A stretch of DNA of 62,860 nucleotides, filler included, from Asterionella formosa (Eukaryota), in NCBI GenBank assembly GCA_002256025.1. It is 24 parts of 24 records of this genome, joined end to end, with 100 filler letters (N's around TTAATTAATTAA, not from the genome) between each part and the next. Parts side by side here need not be neighbours in the genome. Positions count along the whole stretch, not along the records: positions 1 to 25,261 come from NKIB01002017.1; 23 more parts are not named here. The stretch is one strand, 5' to 3'. Positions 1 to 12,340 of the stretch are shown one piece after another; the first letter of the stretch is position 1; each line of letters opens with the position of its first letter. Under the pieces are notes generated by a model that was given only the letters and a program-made list of their open reading frames with translations, ran no database searches and had not been told where the DNA came from. The position numbers and the translations under genes are program-made.

Positions 1-767
1 TTCTAATGACTTGTTCAAATTATTGTCATAATCAGGTTGATACCTCCTGTCATTCTCATCTTCGCTGTTGCTTTCTGTTCCATCTTCACTTTCATTTTCC
101 AAAGCATCCACAATCTGTGCAATTTTTTCTGGTCGTCGGTTCTTCATCATTTGACTTAGAGTGTCATTAAGGTTGCGCTTTGCTGATTTCAGTTCATGTT
201 CGTCCAACCGATTTTGTGCTTTCAACAATTGCAGTTTATACACTTTATATTCCTGTATATCACACTACAAAATTGTTCCAAATGAACTGCAAGCTGAGCA
301 GCATCAGATCCATTGATGATTCCATTTGTTGCATTAGCTTCCCAAAGATTCACCTTGAGTTGACGTAACATCGTTGGGAGGTACCGTCGCTTTCCCTCTG
401 TTGGTCTTTTAATGGAAGCCAGCAAAGATGATGAACTCCACAATTATCTCGCCTTAACATGATGTAGACTGAGGGTCGAGGGGTGATCATTCAAGTGCAC
501 AAATGCGCTCTGTATCTTCGAATTACAGCGCCGTAGAACACCTGTACAGAGCCGTCCAGTCCCTCCTCTGTATTGTCTTCAATAGGCTCTGACTGCTTTG
601 GTTGAGGCCATCAGAGTCAATTTGAACGCAATGATGTGCATGTGTAGTATGAGTAGCAGCCGTCACGGCAGTGTCATCAAGCAAACTGATTTCCGTGTGC
701 TAGCAAAAAATAATTGGTGGTTTATATGAAGGCTATGTAGGCTAGGGTTTAAGGGTTTATAAAAAGA

Positions 768-824
768 GGGGGACGAAATATCGAAATAGGGGGACGAAAT
801 ATCGAAATAGGGGGACGAAATATC
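768..824. repeat. 21-bp tandem repeat (GGGGGACGAAATATCGAAATA x2.7), probably subterminal repeat of a DNA element starting near 743
   Basis: Copies at 768-788, 789-809 and 810-824 (partial), preceded by TAGGGTTTAAGGGTTT. Confidence 0.85.
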
Positions 825-1324
825 TTTTTCCTAAAATTATTTCGGAAGAAAATAGACCTCGTGATGTGTAACTGCGGGGCCGCAACCTTCACATCACGAA
901 GTCTGCTTTTTTCCAAATTTGTACATGCAAAAACGTCCTCGTATACTTCGAGTCTTGCGTAGGTAAGTTTCGCTGAATAATTCTCTGTCCGAAAAGACTC
1001 CAGGGGAAGTTCCCGCGTCACTACACATATTCTGATTGGTTGAATTTAATTTATTCACCTGCTTCAGATTCGCTGAAGTATCCCGGTCTTGTAAAATCTT
1101 TCCAGCCACAGTTGAACCACACGTGTTAGATGTACTGAATCCTGGTTAGTAAAATCAGTACCGGTACTACCGGTAGGACATCCTGTCCTTCATCATGATG
1201 AACCAATATTTTGTGTACTACCTGGTACCTGGTGCTCCGAGTACCAGTAGGTCTATGGTGGTGCAATGTGGTGCAGCGACAATATGACATCAGCAAGGAG
1301 TGCCTTAGTTAAAAATTCATTACC

Positions 1325-1655
1325 GGTAGTAACCTATATATATGATACAAAATGCTTGCAATACTTTATTAGTACCGGTATGTCCCATTACATTTATGTA
1401 CCGGGTAGCCTACGGCCGTTGGCTACTACAAAATACATATCTTATATGAATCTGATCGTGATCCTATGTAGAAAATATCACTACGGTGGTGCAGGCCTTA
1501 GCACGGATTTTATATATGGGTAGTCTGATGGTGCAATTTTGGTTTCTATAAGTAATAGTGGTGCAATCGGTGGTGCAATTGTGGTGCAAATGCCAATGGG
1601 CAGTTGAATTTACGAATAGTTTTCTCTTTTTCAACCCTGTTTGGGAAAAGTCCCG
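1325..1655. repeat. Dispersed repeat; second copy at about 42085-42420
   Basis: Long near-identical stretch (CAATACTTTATTAGTACCGGTATGTCCCATTACAT...CAACCCTGTTTGGGAAAA) in both places; the track ORFs 1266 and 42021 are near-identical. Confidence 0.9.
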
Positions 1656-2209
1656 AAATACCGTTAATCTGGGACTCCGGTACTGATTTACATACCGGTA
1701 CCGGTATATACCTTTGTGCGTGGACTGATATTGAAATTATAAACAGCAACGTAGATTCATAATCGACATATAAACAAGAGCCATGAGCATACATGTTGGC
1801 ATACTCCCAATTTATATATGTGTTTTGGCGTTGAGCAAAATCTTGTCTACATTCAGCAACGTAGAAAAAGTATAAACGTTTAAATATCTTTTTTTTTTAA
1901 TGGAACTCTGTCAATCTAGCCCCGATTTCTATTTGATTCAAATATTCAAATGGACACTCGAATCATGAGAATTCGTAGCAGGAAACTCCCTGTTCCACGC
2001 CGTTTTTACAACCCTAGCGATATTTTCTCCGAACTAGGGTTAAGCCGGGGTCAGGAAAATGAATAGATTTCCTTAATTTAAAATAGACCTATCTACCAGT
2101 GCATGGTACGTAAATTCTATTGGTTCTACATGATGGCGTGCATTACGATGATCATTATGATCTCTATCAAGTGAAAAATGAGAAAGTTCTTCAGCTTCCA
2201 AGAAAAACA

Positions 2210-2420
2210 CGACTTCATGTTGCTATCAGCGGTCTCCATTTTCGTTGTCAATATTAGTGCTATTACTTTACTTCTTTTACGATTGTATTTTCTATGTCGT
2301 GCTTCTTATTCGTAGCAAAGCGTCGTTCTCAATTTTCGCGGAGATAATTCGTATTTTTGTCATGGTCAAGGTTGCAACAGCATGATGCAGGATTCTCCAG
2401 CTGCTTACAACAACTAGCCA
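2210..2420. repeat. Dispersed repeat; diverged copy at about 7600-7750
   Basis: Shared motifs TCTATGTCGTGC, TAGCAAAGC.TC.TTCTCA and GGATTCTCCAGC.GCTTACAACAACTA. Confidence 0.7.
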
Positions 2421-3269
2421 CCTTTCTATTCTAGTGTTTAAAATGTACAAAGGAAACGAATCATCATAGCTAAATAATTATATACCAGTGTCTGCAGTGA
2501 CCAACAGAATTATAGCATGTTAATTTGTCGATGTCTAGAAAATTATTGGGTATTGGTGCCTCCTCGAAAAAATGTACAGGGGGGCAGGACAAAGAATTAT
2601 ACGGTACTGGTACCTTGAGGGTTGGTCAGGTACACATAGTACATTGCCATGTAGCTCCTACGGGCACGCAAATGGAACTATTGATCGCAACTACTGTAAT
2701 AAACTCACTGCCTGGTGAGGGGCAGGGTCACACAAAACCTCGCAGGGAGCAATACCCCTTTGTGTGATAAGCCATGAATATCTACAAGTCTACTAGCTCT
2801 ATCGGGTACATTGCCATTATGGAGGGATGAGAGTCATCCTTGCTTTAACCCTATGCTATGACTCAAATTATTTTAGTCCAATTACATGGTATTTATGTTG
2901 AAGCAAGTACAAAGGTTTTTGTAGCACAACACAAATATTTCCGGTCTGTCACCAGCCAGAGCATTTATCGGTGTTACAACCTCAATCATAAACAACATCC
3001 ATTATAGAACAGCACAATCTACTTCTATGTAACACCGTCTCTCTAACAAGAACGTAATACATCTAGAATTGAGATGCAGCATCATAGCAGGCGACATGCA
3101 CAAAGAAGCATGAGACTGTCCATTTATAGTAACAGAGTGATTCAAGCTTCGTAATTTTCATGTCTCATAATATTTCCTTTGTCATCGTACTAGTTCCTTA
3201 CCTTTGACGATAGGAGCCTATTCTTTTATGTATCTGGAATGGTTCAATGGATGGCAGCAGTTGGATTAA

Positions 3270-4445
3270 GACACAAAACTCGACAAAAGCACTACTTTGT
3301 AGATGTTCATAAAAAGCCAGACACTTTGGCCTATCTACCACCAGCCAGTCTATACTGCAAAAACGCAAGAAGCACAAGATGAATAACCATTTATGGATTT
3401 GAGTTTCAGTAGTGCAACAATGTAAAATATTAGAAAACGGAAGTCGCATTTCATCTAGCTATGGTTTTCAATTTTACTGTTATTTATTAAGAGGAAGCAA
3501 TGGAAGAATGACAAATGAGCCGGGGCAAACAAAACAGAGGAGCCTAATTTTTCTCCCCAATGATCATAGACCCTCTTGGATGTCACTTGCTACAGAAAAT
3601 AGATAACAGCCGCCATGATCTGTTGTTTGTTGCTGTATGTTGCCACTGACCAAAACCTCCAGAAATCTCAATGAGTTGTTTGTTTCTTGACTTGAATGCA
3701 AATGGGATCAAAACCAGTGGAAAAATCAAAAGGGAACTAAAAATTCTCTGCAAACATCAGGACAATTGTGAAAGAGAAATGAAGGTTCTTGGGAGGAGAA
3801 CTAAAGGGATATTTCTGGTCTTGCGGAAACAAGGATGGATTGACCCAAACAATGTTGACAAATAGATACTTACCGGAAAATGGAAGCAATGCTTTTGGCA
3901 TCATCAAACTATACACGAGCTTGCGCCACCTGACATCAAAATAGCTACCTCGACTTCATCAATGAAGAAAGAATGATGGGCGGAGCATGTGAGAAAAAGT
4001 CGGGTTTGAGTTGATCCGTTGTCTTGAAGACAACATGCTTGGCTGAACTTGCAGGTGAAGGCATTAAGTAATCTGGGCCTGTGCGGCCAAAGGATAAAGA
4101 AAAATCTATGACAAGGGTGGTGAGATAGTATTTAGGAGCAAAAGCTACAATGGCTGAAAAACGCATTTGGAAATTTGTATGGACAGTATATGATGGCATG
4201 CCATGGCTGATCTTGGCTGACAGTTGCCAAGTCAATGTACAAACACAACAAGGGTGCACAAAAGACCGTCTCATTTTTATCGACTGGCTGATACAAAGTT
4301 TCGAGACTCACCATTCTACAATGGGGTGGACTTTGATCATTGCTGCGTCTGCAAATTAAAACTATCATATTCACATGATGCATCATAGGATTTTGATCAT
4401 CTGATGATAATTTTTCCTTATATCATCTAATAATTTTGATCAATG
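3270..4445 (+). mobile_element. Decayed IS630/Tc1-like DNA transposon remnant; flanks repeated at 47735-48030
   Basis: Broken frames give LVLRKQGWID and ELAGEGI, resembling the L.ERGWID / ELAGEGIEYSW motifs of this transposase group. 3278-3472 and 4355-4440 match 47830-48030 and 47735-47820. Confidence 0.55.
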
Positions 4446-4929
4446 CCCTTGTAATTTAAATAGTAATCCTTTTGACTATGTATATTTAATTATTATATGT
4501 ATTGTTTTTATTATATTCCTGTATTTGAATTTCTTGGTAGGATCATGTACCAGCTAGAGTAATGTAGTTTGGCTCGTCATTTCCATCTGTCATCACTCCG
4601 ATTTTTGTACCAACAACGAAATACCAGCAATGACAAGCAAGTGGAATGATTGTTTGCGATAACGTCTTCAACTTTTGGTCAAGTGATCATTCTATCTTTG
4701 AGCAATCGTCATGTGCAGTGAACCTTTGTTCATAATCATTCAATTAAAAGTTTACAGAGAAGAAATCATTCAAACTCGTAATAGTTTCGTACACAGCGCA
4801 AATAGTAAATCCGTTTCGTCGACCCCCAGCACTACAATCGCGCCAATCAACTCATAAACAAACACATTCTACTTGTTCTCGTTGACAATTTAAATTCTCA
4901 CATACTACATTTACAATTGAGATTCAGTT

Positions 4930-5420
4930 AGAGCGACAAGTGGCTCTCTTAATTGTTGTTTGCTCATGGAATACCCGCCCGGTATCGGTATCATCAACAA
5001 TAGAGGGACAAACGTCCTTCATCATTGTCATTGTGGCTTGATCCTAGGAAACATTTGATATTTGTATCGTCATTTTCTTATTGGAACTGTCGGTTGCCTC
5101 AAACCTGCTTGGCGTGTGCGTACACACACAGCTGACTTGCTTTCATTTGTATGTTGTTCTTGTATTCACTGTTGAACGTGTCCGCATCTTTGCTACCATC
5201 AATTGAGCGACAAGTGGGTGCGTCTCTTCATTGTTGTTGTTTGCTCCTGGAAAAGTCGGTGTCCGTGTCATCCTCATCAATAGAGGGACAAGTGTCCTCC
5301 ATCATTGCGGTTTGCCGCTGGAAAAATTGGTACCCGTGGTATTGTCATTTGCTCGTTGGAACCACTGTCCGTTGCCTCAATCCTGATTAGCATGTGTGTA
5401 CATACACTGTTGATTTGTGT
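4930..5420. repeat. Degenerate ~270-bp direct duplication
   Basis: GAGCGACAAGTGG...ATAGAGGGACAA...GTTGCCTCAA.CCTG...GTGTG.GTACA.ACAC occurs at about 4931-5130 and 5205-5408. Confidence 0.75.
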
Positions 5421-5509
5421 ATATTACAGGAGTGACTTAGCTACTAAAAGTGCATGTTATAATATCATACACCGTAGTACAATGCAGAATACAGTTCCCA
5501 ATCAACATT

Positions 5510-5925
5510 GAATCAGGGATAGTCCGATAATTGTACAATGATTCCAAAATGTACTTAAATATTCCAAGTAGTAATTGATGAAGAACCTCAAATGGAGTTG
5601 CACCAAATAATCCTTTTAAGTCACCACCAAAAATATGATTTATTAGTGCAGGCATAATAGGATTATGCGATATAGTGCGGCACCACTCGTTTGCTGTTGC
5701 ATATTTGCCATTAGATTTGGCGAAACCATACTACTCAGGTGGGATAGTACATGGTAATTTTCCATCGGGATATGCAGTTTTGTCAAGAAATTTGTTTAAA
5801 AACTTTTTAGCATCTGACACTTCACAACGTTCACATCCAATATCAGGATTATCAGCATCTTCAGTTGCAACCAGGCAATCACGACAAACATATCGTCGAT
5901 ATAATCAATAACTACCCCTGAATCC
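5510..5925 (-). pseudogene. Plavaka-like (CACTA/EnSpm-related) transposase internal fragment
   Basis: Minus-strand translation RYVCRDCLVATEDADNPDIGC...IFGGDLKGLFGATPFEVLHQLLLGIFKYIL matches the recalled CRxC..DNP and GATPxE/DxLH..LG..KY motifs; in-frame stop and truncation. Confidence 0.65.
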
Positions 5926-5927
5926 AC

Positions 5928-6370
5928 CTGTTTGTGATTGGAAATGCCTTTCATACTACTTGGACCAGAGACGGCGGGATGTTTGATTCTCTTTTGGGAC
6001 CAGAAAAAAGCACATTTGATTGATAATCTGTTTTACAGTGCCTGCAATTCACAAACTATAACCTCAAACTTACATGTTCACAGCAAAACTTCTTGGTCTT
6101 TAAAATAAGACTCACAAGCTTTGTGACAATTGATGGTTCAATTTTAGCTAAGCGGGAACGACGTTTTGATAAGGCTGCTGAAATTGAAGATTCTTGATAA
6201 TTTTGTATGGACGAGTTTTGAACCGAATTACGACCTTTGTAGTGATTGAGTTCATTGACCAATTGATAATATCCTTTGGCAAGTGAGAATGTTTTTAACC
6301 CTCAGTTTGTCATGTACATGTTGGTCCGTGTGATTAGAAAATTTATGATATGGTACCATGTTGTCCATTG
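5928..6370 (-). pseudogene. Fragment of repeated orphan gene ORF-X (full copy at 58067-59536)
   Basis: Near-identical to 58787-59225 (VNELNHYKGRNSVQNSSI..SSISAALS.RRSRLAKIEP); fused directly to the Plavaka-like fragment. Confidence 0.85.
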
Positions 6371-6829
6371 TTTTCTAATAATAAAATATTCATCCAAACA
6401 TTCCACTCATTGTATGCCGACATAAACAATATATTAAAATATTGCAATTAGGTTGTTGATCTTGCTCTCACAATTGTGCATGCTGGAATACGAGTCAATT
6501 CCCAAGAACCGAATCAATGCTGGTCAAACTTAATTATTGTCATTCCACTTTGGTACATAATGATATTGAGTACATACTAGACTAAGCTCCAACTTGAGAT
6601 CCATTTCGATCTTTTCAATTCCTACTTCAATCACCTTGTCATCGTCTTTTCCAATGTAAAGCTATGGTACTTGATAGCCATATTTACTGTAGCACATATT
6701 TGGAGAAGGATCATAGTTCACAATAGAAGGTAGCTGATCATCAGTGATCGTACACATACCAGTACCAGAATGCACCCGGTTGTAGGACACATCTATGTTG
6801 ACCATAGTATAGGGCCTATGTACAAGAAG

Positions 6830-6995
6830 AAGCAATGTAGACTGTTTTTAGATATATATTTAGCGAATTTGAAAAGGAATCTATGTAAATTTGCAAGCGC
6901 AAATTCCCAATGATTTTTAATGCTTCAAATGGAATCATGTCAATCAAGATTAGCTCATTAAAATTCGCAGCTCCAGGGAATTTCGGCGACCCTTA
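6830..6995 (-). mobile_element. Terminus of a DNA element (T(A)AGGGT.GCCGAAA.TCCCTGGA); related copy at 55196-55350
   Basis: Reverse complement aligns with 55196-55350 (GACATGATTCC.TTTGAA, CATAGATTCCTTTT, GCTAAATATATA). Confidence 0.65.
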
Positions 6996-8024
6996 CTAAG
7001 CAATATTTAATTTTTGCCCAAGGGTCCAATTGCAGGAAGGTCCGGAAGTACACGTTTTATGGTCACTTTTCAGTTTCGACTCACTCCCAATGATTTGTCC
7101 CATGCCTACCGGAAGGGTTGGGCTGGTTTTCCATTCCAAACTCTCTTATATAATTTTCTATGTCGTTAAACTATCATTCATCAACTCCTATTCGTCTTCT
7201 GATCATTGATCTCGTGTTCAGCTACTTCTACTGGTGATAGTATTCAGGAAATGGAAGATGGTTTGGTTATAGAATTCACGAATCGCTCAGTAACTTTTAG
7301 TCCTAGTCAGTAAACTTCTATTTATGCGTATTCAGCAAATTCTTTTCCTAGTCAGCAAATTTCTACTCATTTTATAAAGTCATCAACTGGATCAGTACTC
7401 AGAAACAAAAGAGTCATATTGAAAATATCAATGGACTATTAATTATTATTGTTCAATAGACAATCAAACAAAATTTGGTTCGCCCTACAGATTAACGCAG
7501 TGCAGCTTGTTGCATACTTTGAAAGCGTTATATCTCGGCCTTCGTAACTTCGCTGTATTGGATTGTGCATCGTCTAAACTTAGTGAAGCAATGCGCCATC
7601 GGCGACTTCAATTTTTGTCTTCAATATTGGTGTTATTACAATTTTTTTACTTTTGTCATGTCTATGTCGTGCCTAATATACATACCCAATAGCAAAGCAT
7701 CATTCTCATTTTTCGTATGAAGGATTCTCCAGCCGCTTACAACAACTACTACGCTATATGTAGAATCAAATCTTAACATCTAAGCTAAATATTTATATAC
7801 TAGGCTCAACAAAGGCTACCTTGGGTACCCTGGGAGGTCCGGTAATCAGCGCCCATAGCGAGTAGGTTGCTCCTTTTCTGGTCATATATTCACATACGAA
7901 AAAAGTAAGGGTACCCCAAAAATTGTCAAACCCCTAGATTTTGCACCACTCCATTTTTTTAAATAAATGTTTACTTAAACGTTAAGCCATTAGCTGGCTG
8001 TTGTTACGTCAAAATGAAATTGAA

Positions 8025-8165
8025 GTCAGCAGTCATTAAGTTAAAGCTAGCAGTCAGGGATTTCATGTCAGTAGTCAGCAAATGAAGTCAGCAGTCAGCG
8101 ATTTTTTCAAATTTTCAGCAAATCAAGTGAGTGGTTAGCAAAATGAAGTCCGCAGTCAGCAAGTT
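8025..8165. repeat. Short degenerate tandem motif (AAGTCAGCAGTCAGC-like)
   Basis: Repeated GTCAGCA/GCAGTCA units; related CCTAGTCAG(C/T)AAA repeats at 7300-7360. Confidence 0.6.
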
Positions 8166-8397
8166 GAATTTAGTATTCAGCGATTATACTGTGAAACGTA
8201 ACAGTGGTTTTCAGTTTGAAACTTTGTTACGGTTACAGGTACTATAAAACCGCTAGCTACTTGTTTTTTTGTTTTAAGTATGCGCAAAGCGCTGATTATC
8301 AGACCTTCCTGACCATATATTCTATGTAGCCATAGAATAGGTGATAGTTTGTATGATATTTGAAAATATGCCAGTAGTACCTCGTGTGAAAAATAAT

Positions 8398-10205
8398 TGT
8401 AAAACAAAAATTATGAGAATATAAAACTAGTTTGTAAACCCAGAGGTGAACCTCAATTCGAGAAGCCTCAGTTTGAGAAGCCAGAGAATCTTCAATGAGA
8501 ATTCTAAATACAAACCCAATGCCTCAAGTTCCAAACTCTTATAATCTAATTAGTCAAGTCAGTAGCAATATTCAAAGAACTCTTGCACTCTTCCTTTCCA
8601 AGGCAATTGGAAGGAGAGGCTAGAACCATAATCAATTCTGTGTTGGCTTCCCAAGGATGACCTACATTCTCCGTGAAGGTTCAGATACACCTGTTCCTGA
8701 TTCTCTGCAGCTAGTTTGAATGGCAGAGCATTTCAGATATAAATTCGATCCACCACATAAGCATTTCTGCGAATAGTAATTGTCCCATTGCAATGCACCT
8801 GTCCAATAATAAATCGTTCACGAGTTAATTGTCCAAAGTTGGTTGGATGCGTTGTAATTTCTAAGACTTCCATTCATGCATCCTCTCACAATCTTCATTT
8901 GCTCACCGATTCCTAAATATAATTGGTGCATTACTTTTACCCCATTGACGAAAAAGTACTTGGAAATCTTTTCCCATAAATTCTGCTCCTTGATCATGGA
9001 TTACTCTCACTGGTCTGGGATACTTAAATATCCAATTCATTTCAAATGCTTTTGCTGCATCTTTTGCACTTGTTTTCGCTAGCTACCTACTCGTTGCATT
9101 TCCACTAAGTTAGTGATTGTATCAATCATTGTTAGCGCATATAATTTTCTCGTCTACCTGTCAGCCAATTCAATGTCCCAAGCTCCGATTGTGTCAATTG
9201 CCACTTCATACCATGGTGCAACTATTGCTTCTCTTGAAACTAGATGTCCATATCCACAACCCAACAGTTTCTGTTTTTGACATGTTTCTCAGCTTTGCAC
9301 ATAGTTTTCAATCTTTTCGTGCAGCTGAGGATGATACTTCTTGACATCGTTGAAATCAAATGATTCCGTCCTGTATGATTCAACTTCTTGCGAAACCACG
9401 AAATATTTGCTCTTAACCTTTTATCTGGTATCATTATGATAAAATTGTGAGTATCCATCTGTTGATAACATACTAATTCTGCTTCACCATATCTTTTATA
9501 TGTATAGCGCCTCAGATCCAGATTAGGTAAACCCATAATGCTTCCTGTTGTTGCTGCTCTCTCATTAAAATTAAACAGCTCACTGAATTCCATTCTCCTT
9601 CTTGCTTCACATTCAAATATTTACCTAAGCTTACGTCAGATGAATAACACTCTTGAAAACACTTAATCATTGTAGAATTAGAATTGGTAGAAGCATAGTA
9701 AAAATCAACACTGTCCATATAAAATAATCGACATCATACGTGTGTGCCAGTCCAAATGGAACTGGTGCTTCCTTCCTGTCTGAGAGGGGGGCTTGGCTGA
9801 AAAATCGGCAATAATATTGTCGTGACCCTTGACATTGGCAAATTTTTGACCACATTCTTCGATAAAAACACGCCAACAGAGGACACGCTGTGTGTTAAGA
9901 TTAGGAAATTTTCAATTTTTTTTGTTGTCAGTAAAAATGGTGATATCTCAACCATATAACGTAGTGCGAAATTCACGCAGAATCTCGACAATGAAAAACA
10001 GTTCATTTTCAATTGTAGAATAATTGCGTTGCTCAGGATTGAAGTTGCGCGAAAAATAAGCAACAGGATGATTTTCCTGCATAATATTGGCTCCCATCTG
10101 AAAATCAGAGGCATCTGTATAAATATGAAAGGGTTTGTTTTGATTTGGGTAGCGAGGCAAACAATCTGCTGCTATAACATCCTTCATGCATTCAAAAGCA
10201 TTTAG
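8398..10205 (-). mobile_element. Degenerate Ty3/gypsy LTR retrotransposon 3' half (RNase H, integrase, PPT, 3' LTR about 8398-8666)
   Basis: FHIYTDASDFQMGA..HPVAYFSR..RNYSTIE.EL (RNase H); APWYEVAIDTIG and KYPRPVRVIHDQGAEF (integrase); QVHCNGTITI (C-terminus); purine tract GGAGAA followed by TG...CA. Many frameshifts. Confidence 0.85.
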
Positions 10206-10935
10206 ATACTTTATTTTTCTTGGATTGGCAGTTGGCTGCCTTGTGTACTTGTTTTCCACAATTCTCCACAATTCTTGCATAGTCCCTTGAATTTACCATT
10301 TTCAAACAAAGCAATCTCGTTGGTACTTGAATCCTTGAACTTCCTTTTGTAGAAAGCACGAGGTTTAGATTTCAAGTCTGGTAAAGTAATAGTACCCATT
10401 CCTTCAATAAGCAACAGTAATGCCTTCACTGTACTCTTTAGGTAACTTATTCATCATGTGTGCAGTGACTTCAACCTCTTTCTTCTCGAGTAATGTATCA
10501 ATTTGACACATCCTGTTCATGATGTTATTGAGAGCAATGAACCATTCATCTGGTTCTGTTTTAGTACTCTTCAAAGTAAAATCTTGGAATTCGCCAGCTA
10601 GCTGAATCAAATCAGTTCAAGAAAAATATCTCCATCCATCAAATCATCTGTCTTGGCTGAGTTCACAATCCCAAATGAAATCCCACTGACACTAAGAATC
10701 AATGATACGCCTTGTCATTCACTCATACTTCTTCTACTCGTCATCATCAGCAGACACCAAATATGCATCATCATCAATTGGCTTCATGTCTTTGCTTGGC
10801 ACACACATTCCTAAAACCTTGAGAATTCGCAAGCTGAAGAGTCTTGATGCTCCACTCATGCCAAGCAGTCTTGCTTCCATCAAGCTTGATCAAGCAAGCA
10901 AACATTCTCACCTGATTTCTCATTGGCCATGACCA
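10206..10935 (-). mobile_element. Fragment of a second copia-family gag (UBN2-type)
   Basis: LIQLAGEFQDFTLKSTKTEPDEWFIALNNI...HMMNKLPKEYS...LKSK.RAFYKRKF..FKGLCKNCG (start of a zinc knuckle); frameshifted. Confidence 0.65.
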
Positions 10936-12334
10936 TGTCTCTAGAGAGACATGCTGGTGTTATTGTGGGTCTGCATTCTTGCATTTTAGTAGCTTCTAAC
11001 ACTCGCTTTATTAAGCCTTCCTGTGTCAGCCTTAAAGACCCATTCTCAATCTTATCAATTTGTATTCCTAAGAAAGCCGAAAGATCTCCTTCTCTTGTTA
11101 GCTCAAGTGTTGTACTGAGATCATCAATCATGGATTCAATCTTGGGATCATTTTTTCCAATTAGTATCCCATCATCTACGTAGTATAGGTACACCATATC
11201 TGGCTGAATAAAGAAACATGGATCCAATTTAGATTGGTGGAAACCGCGATCTTCCAGACTTTCTTTAAGTTTCAAGAACCAAGCCCGTGGAGCCTGTTTT
11301 GTACCATAGGGCGACTTATTTAGTTTAAGAACCATATCGCGCCCTTGCTTGTCACCAAAGTCTTTAGGTAACTCCACGTAGACTTCTTCTTCAATTTATG
11401 CTTGACAGAATGCATTACTATTGTCGATTTGTTGTGTCCTTAGGTCCAACACAATCCACATTATGAGTAAGCATCTCACTGTAGACCATTGTACCACTGG
11501 TGCATACGTTTCGAAGTAGTCAACGCCTTCGATTTGCTTATCACCACGGACACAAAACCTTGCTTTACACTTTCGAAGACGACCGTCAGGAAATCTCTTC
11601 CTCTTAAATGCCCATGTTCCTGGTAGAACATTTTTGCCAGAAATGGATTCCCGTGGTATTACAGTCCATGTATTCTTTGCCGTAAGAGCATTTATTTCTG
11701 CTACCATCGCTTCCTTAAATGATTCAGAATCGATGCTTGCCATTACTTCGTGATATCTTGGCGAGTCTGGGTCGGATCGTTTATTCATCGCAGCGAAAGC
11801 AAGTGGGTTAGTACATTCCAAATATCCAGTCATTGGGTCAGTCATTAATGATGACAAATAGGCGAGGACTGATTCTGATTGGCTCAGGCTATGATCCTGC
11901 TCACTTAGACTAGATAGAAATGACCCTGCAAGATAACCATCTTGCCCACGTAGACCAGGAGTAAAGCGTTGCGGTACTCTGTTTGTTCTGATACTACGCT
12001 TCTGTGGTGGGCAACGAGACATTTGGGACAGCATCTCCACGTGTTCTTGCTCTACTCCTGTTCCTTGCGGAATGTTCTCTTGTGGTTCCCGTGACACTAC
12101 TGTTCCTGGTGGAATGGTCACTACCGATTTTTGTACCAATCTAGTGGGTGGTAGCCTATGCAGCCACTTGTTAGCATCCACTGCATCAATCCGTGCTGGT
12201 ACACTCTGTATTTCAATGGGCGAAAGTACAGCAACACCAGGAGACAATGGTGTCCCCCTTTCTTGTGTCATAGTCACCTGCATTGGTGACTCCCTCTGAA
12301 GATAAGACAGCGTCTCATCTCTGTGTAGACCCAT
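10936..12334 (-). pseudogene. Copia reverse transcriptase (RVT_2), disrupted
   Basis: GTWAFKRKRFPDG..KARFCVRGD, ETYAPVV, LKLNKSPYGTKQAPRAW, YVDDGI, FLGIQI; stop at about 11396. Confidence 0.92.
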
Positions 12335-12340
12335 GGTGTG

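Noticed and set aside
1..700. Coding-like remnant on the minus strand (ORF 222-443)
   Set aside because: Fragmented; no family motif or second copy identified with confidence.
743..758. TTAGGG-like telomeric repeats (also 17183, 41167, 55809)
   Set aside because: Only one or two units each; better explained as element termini or chance.
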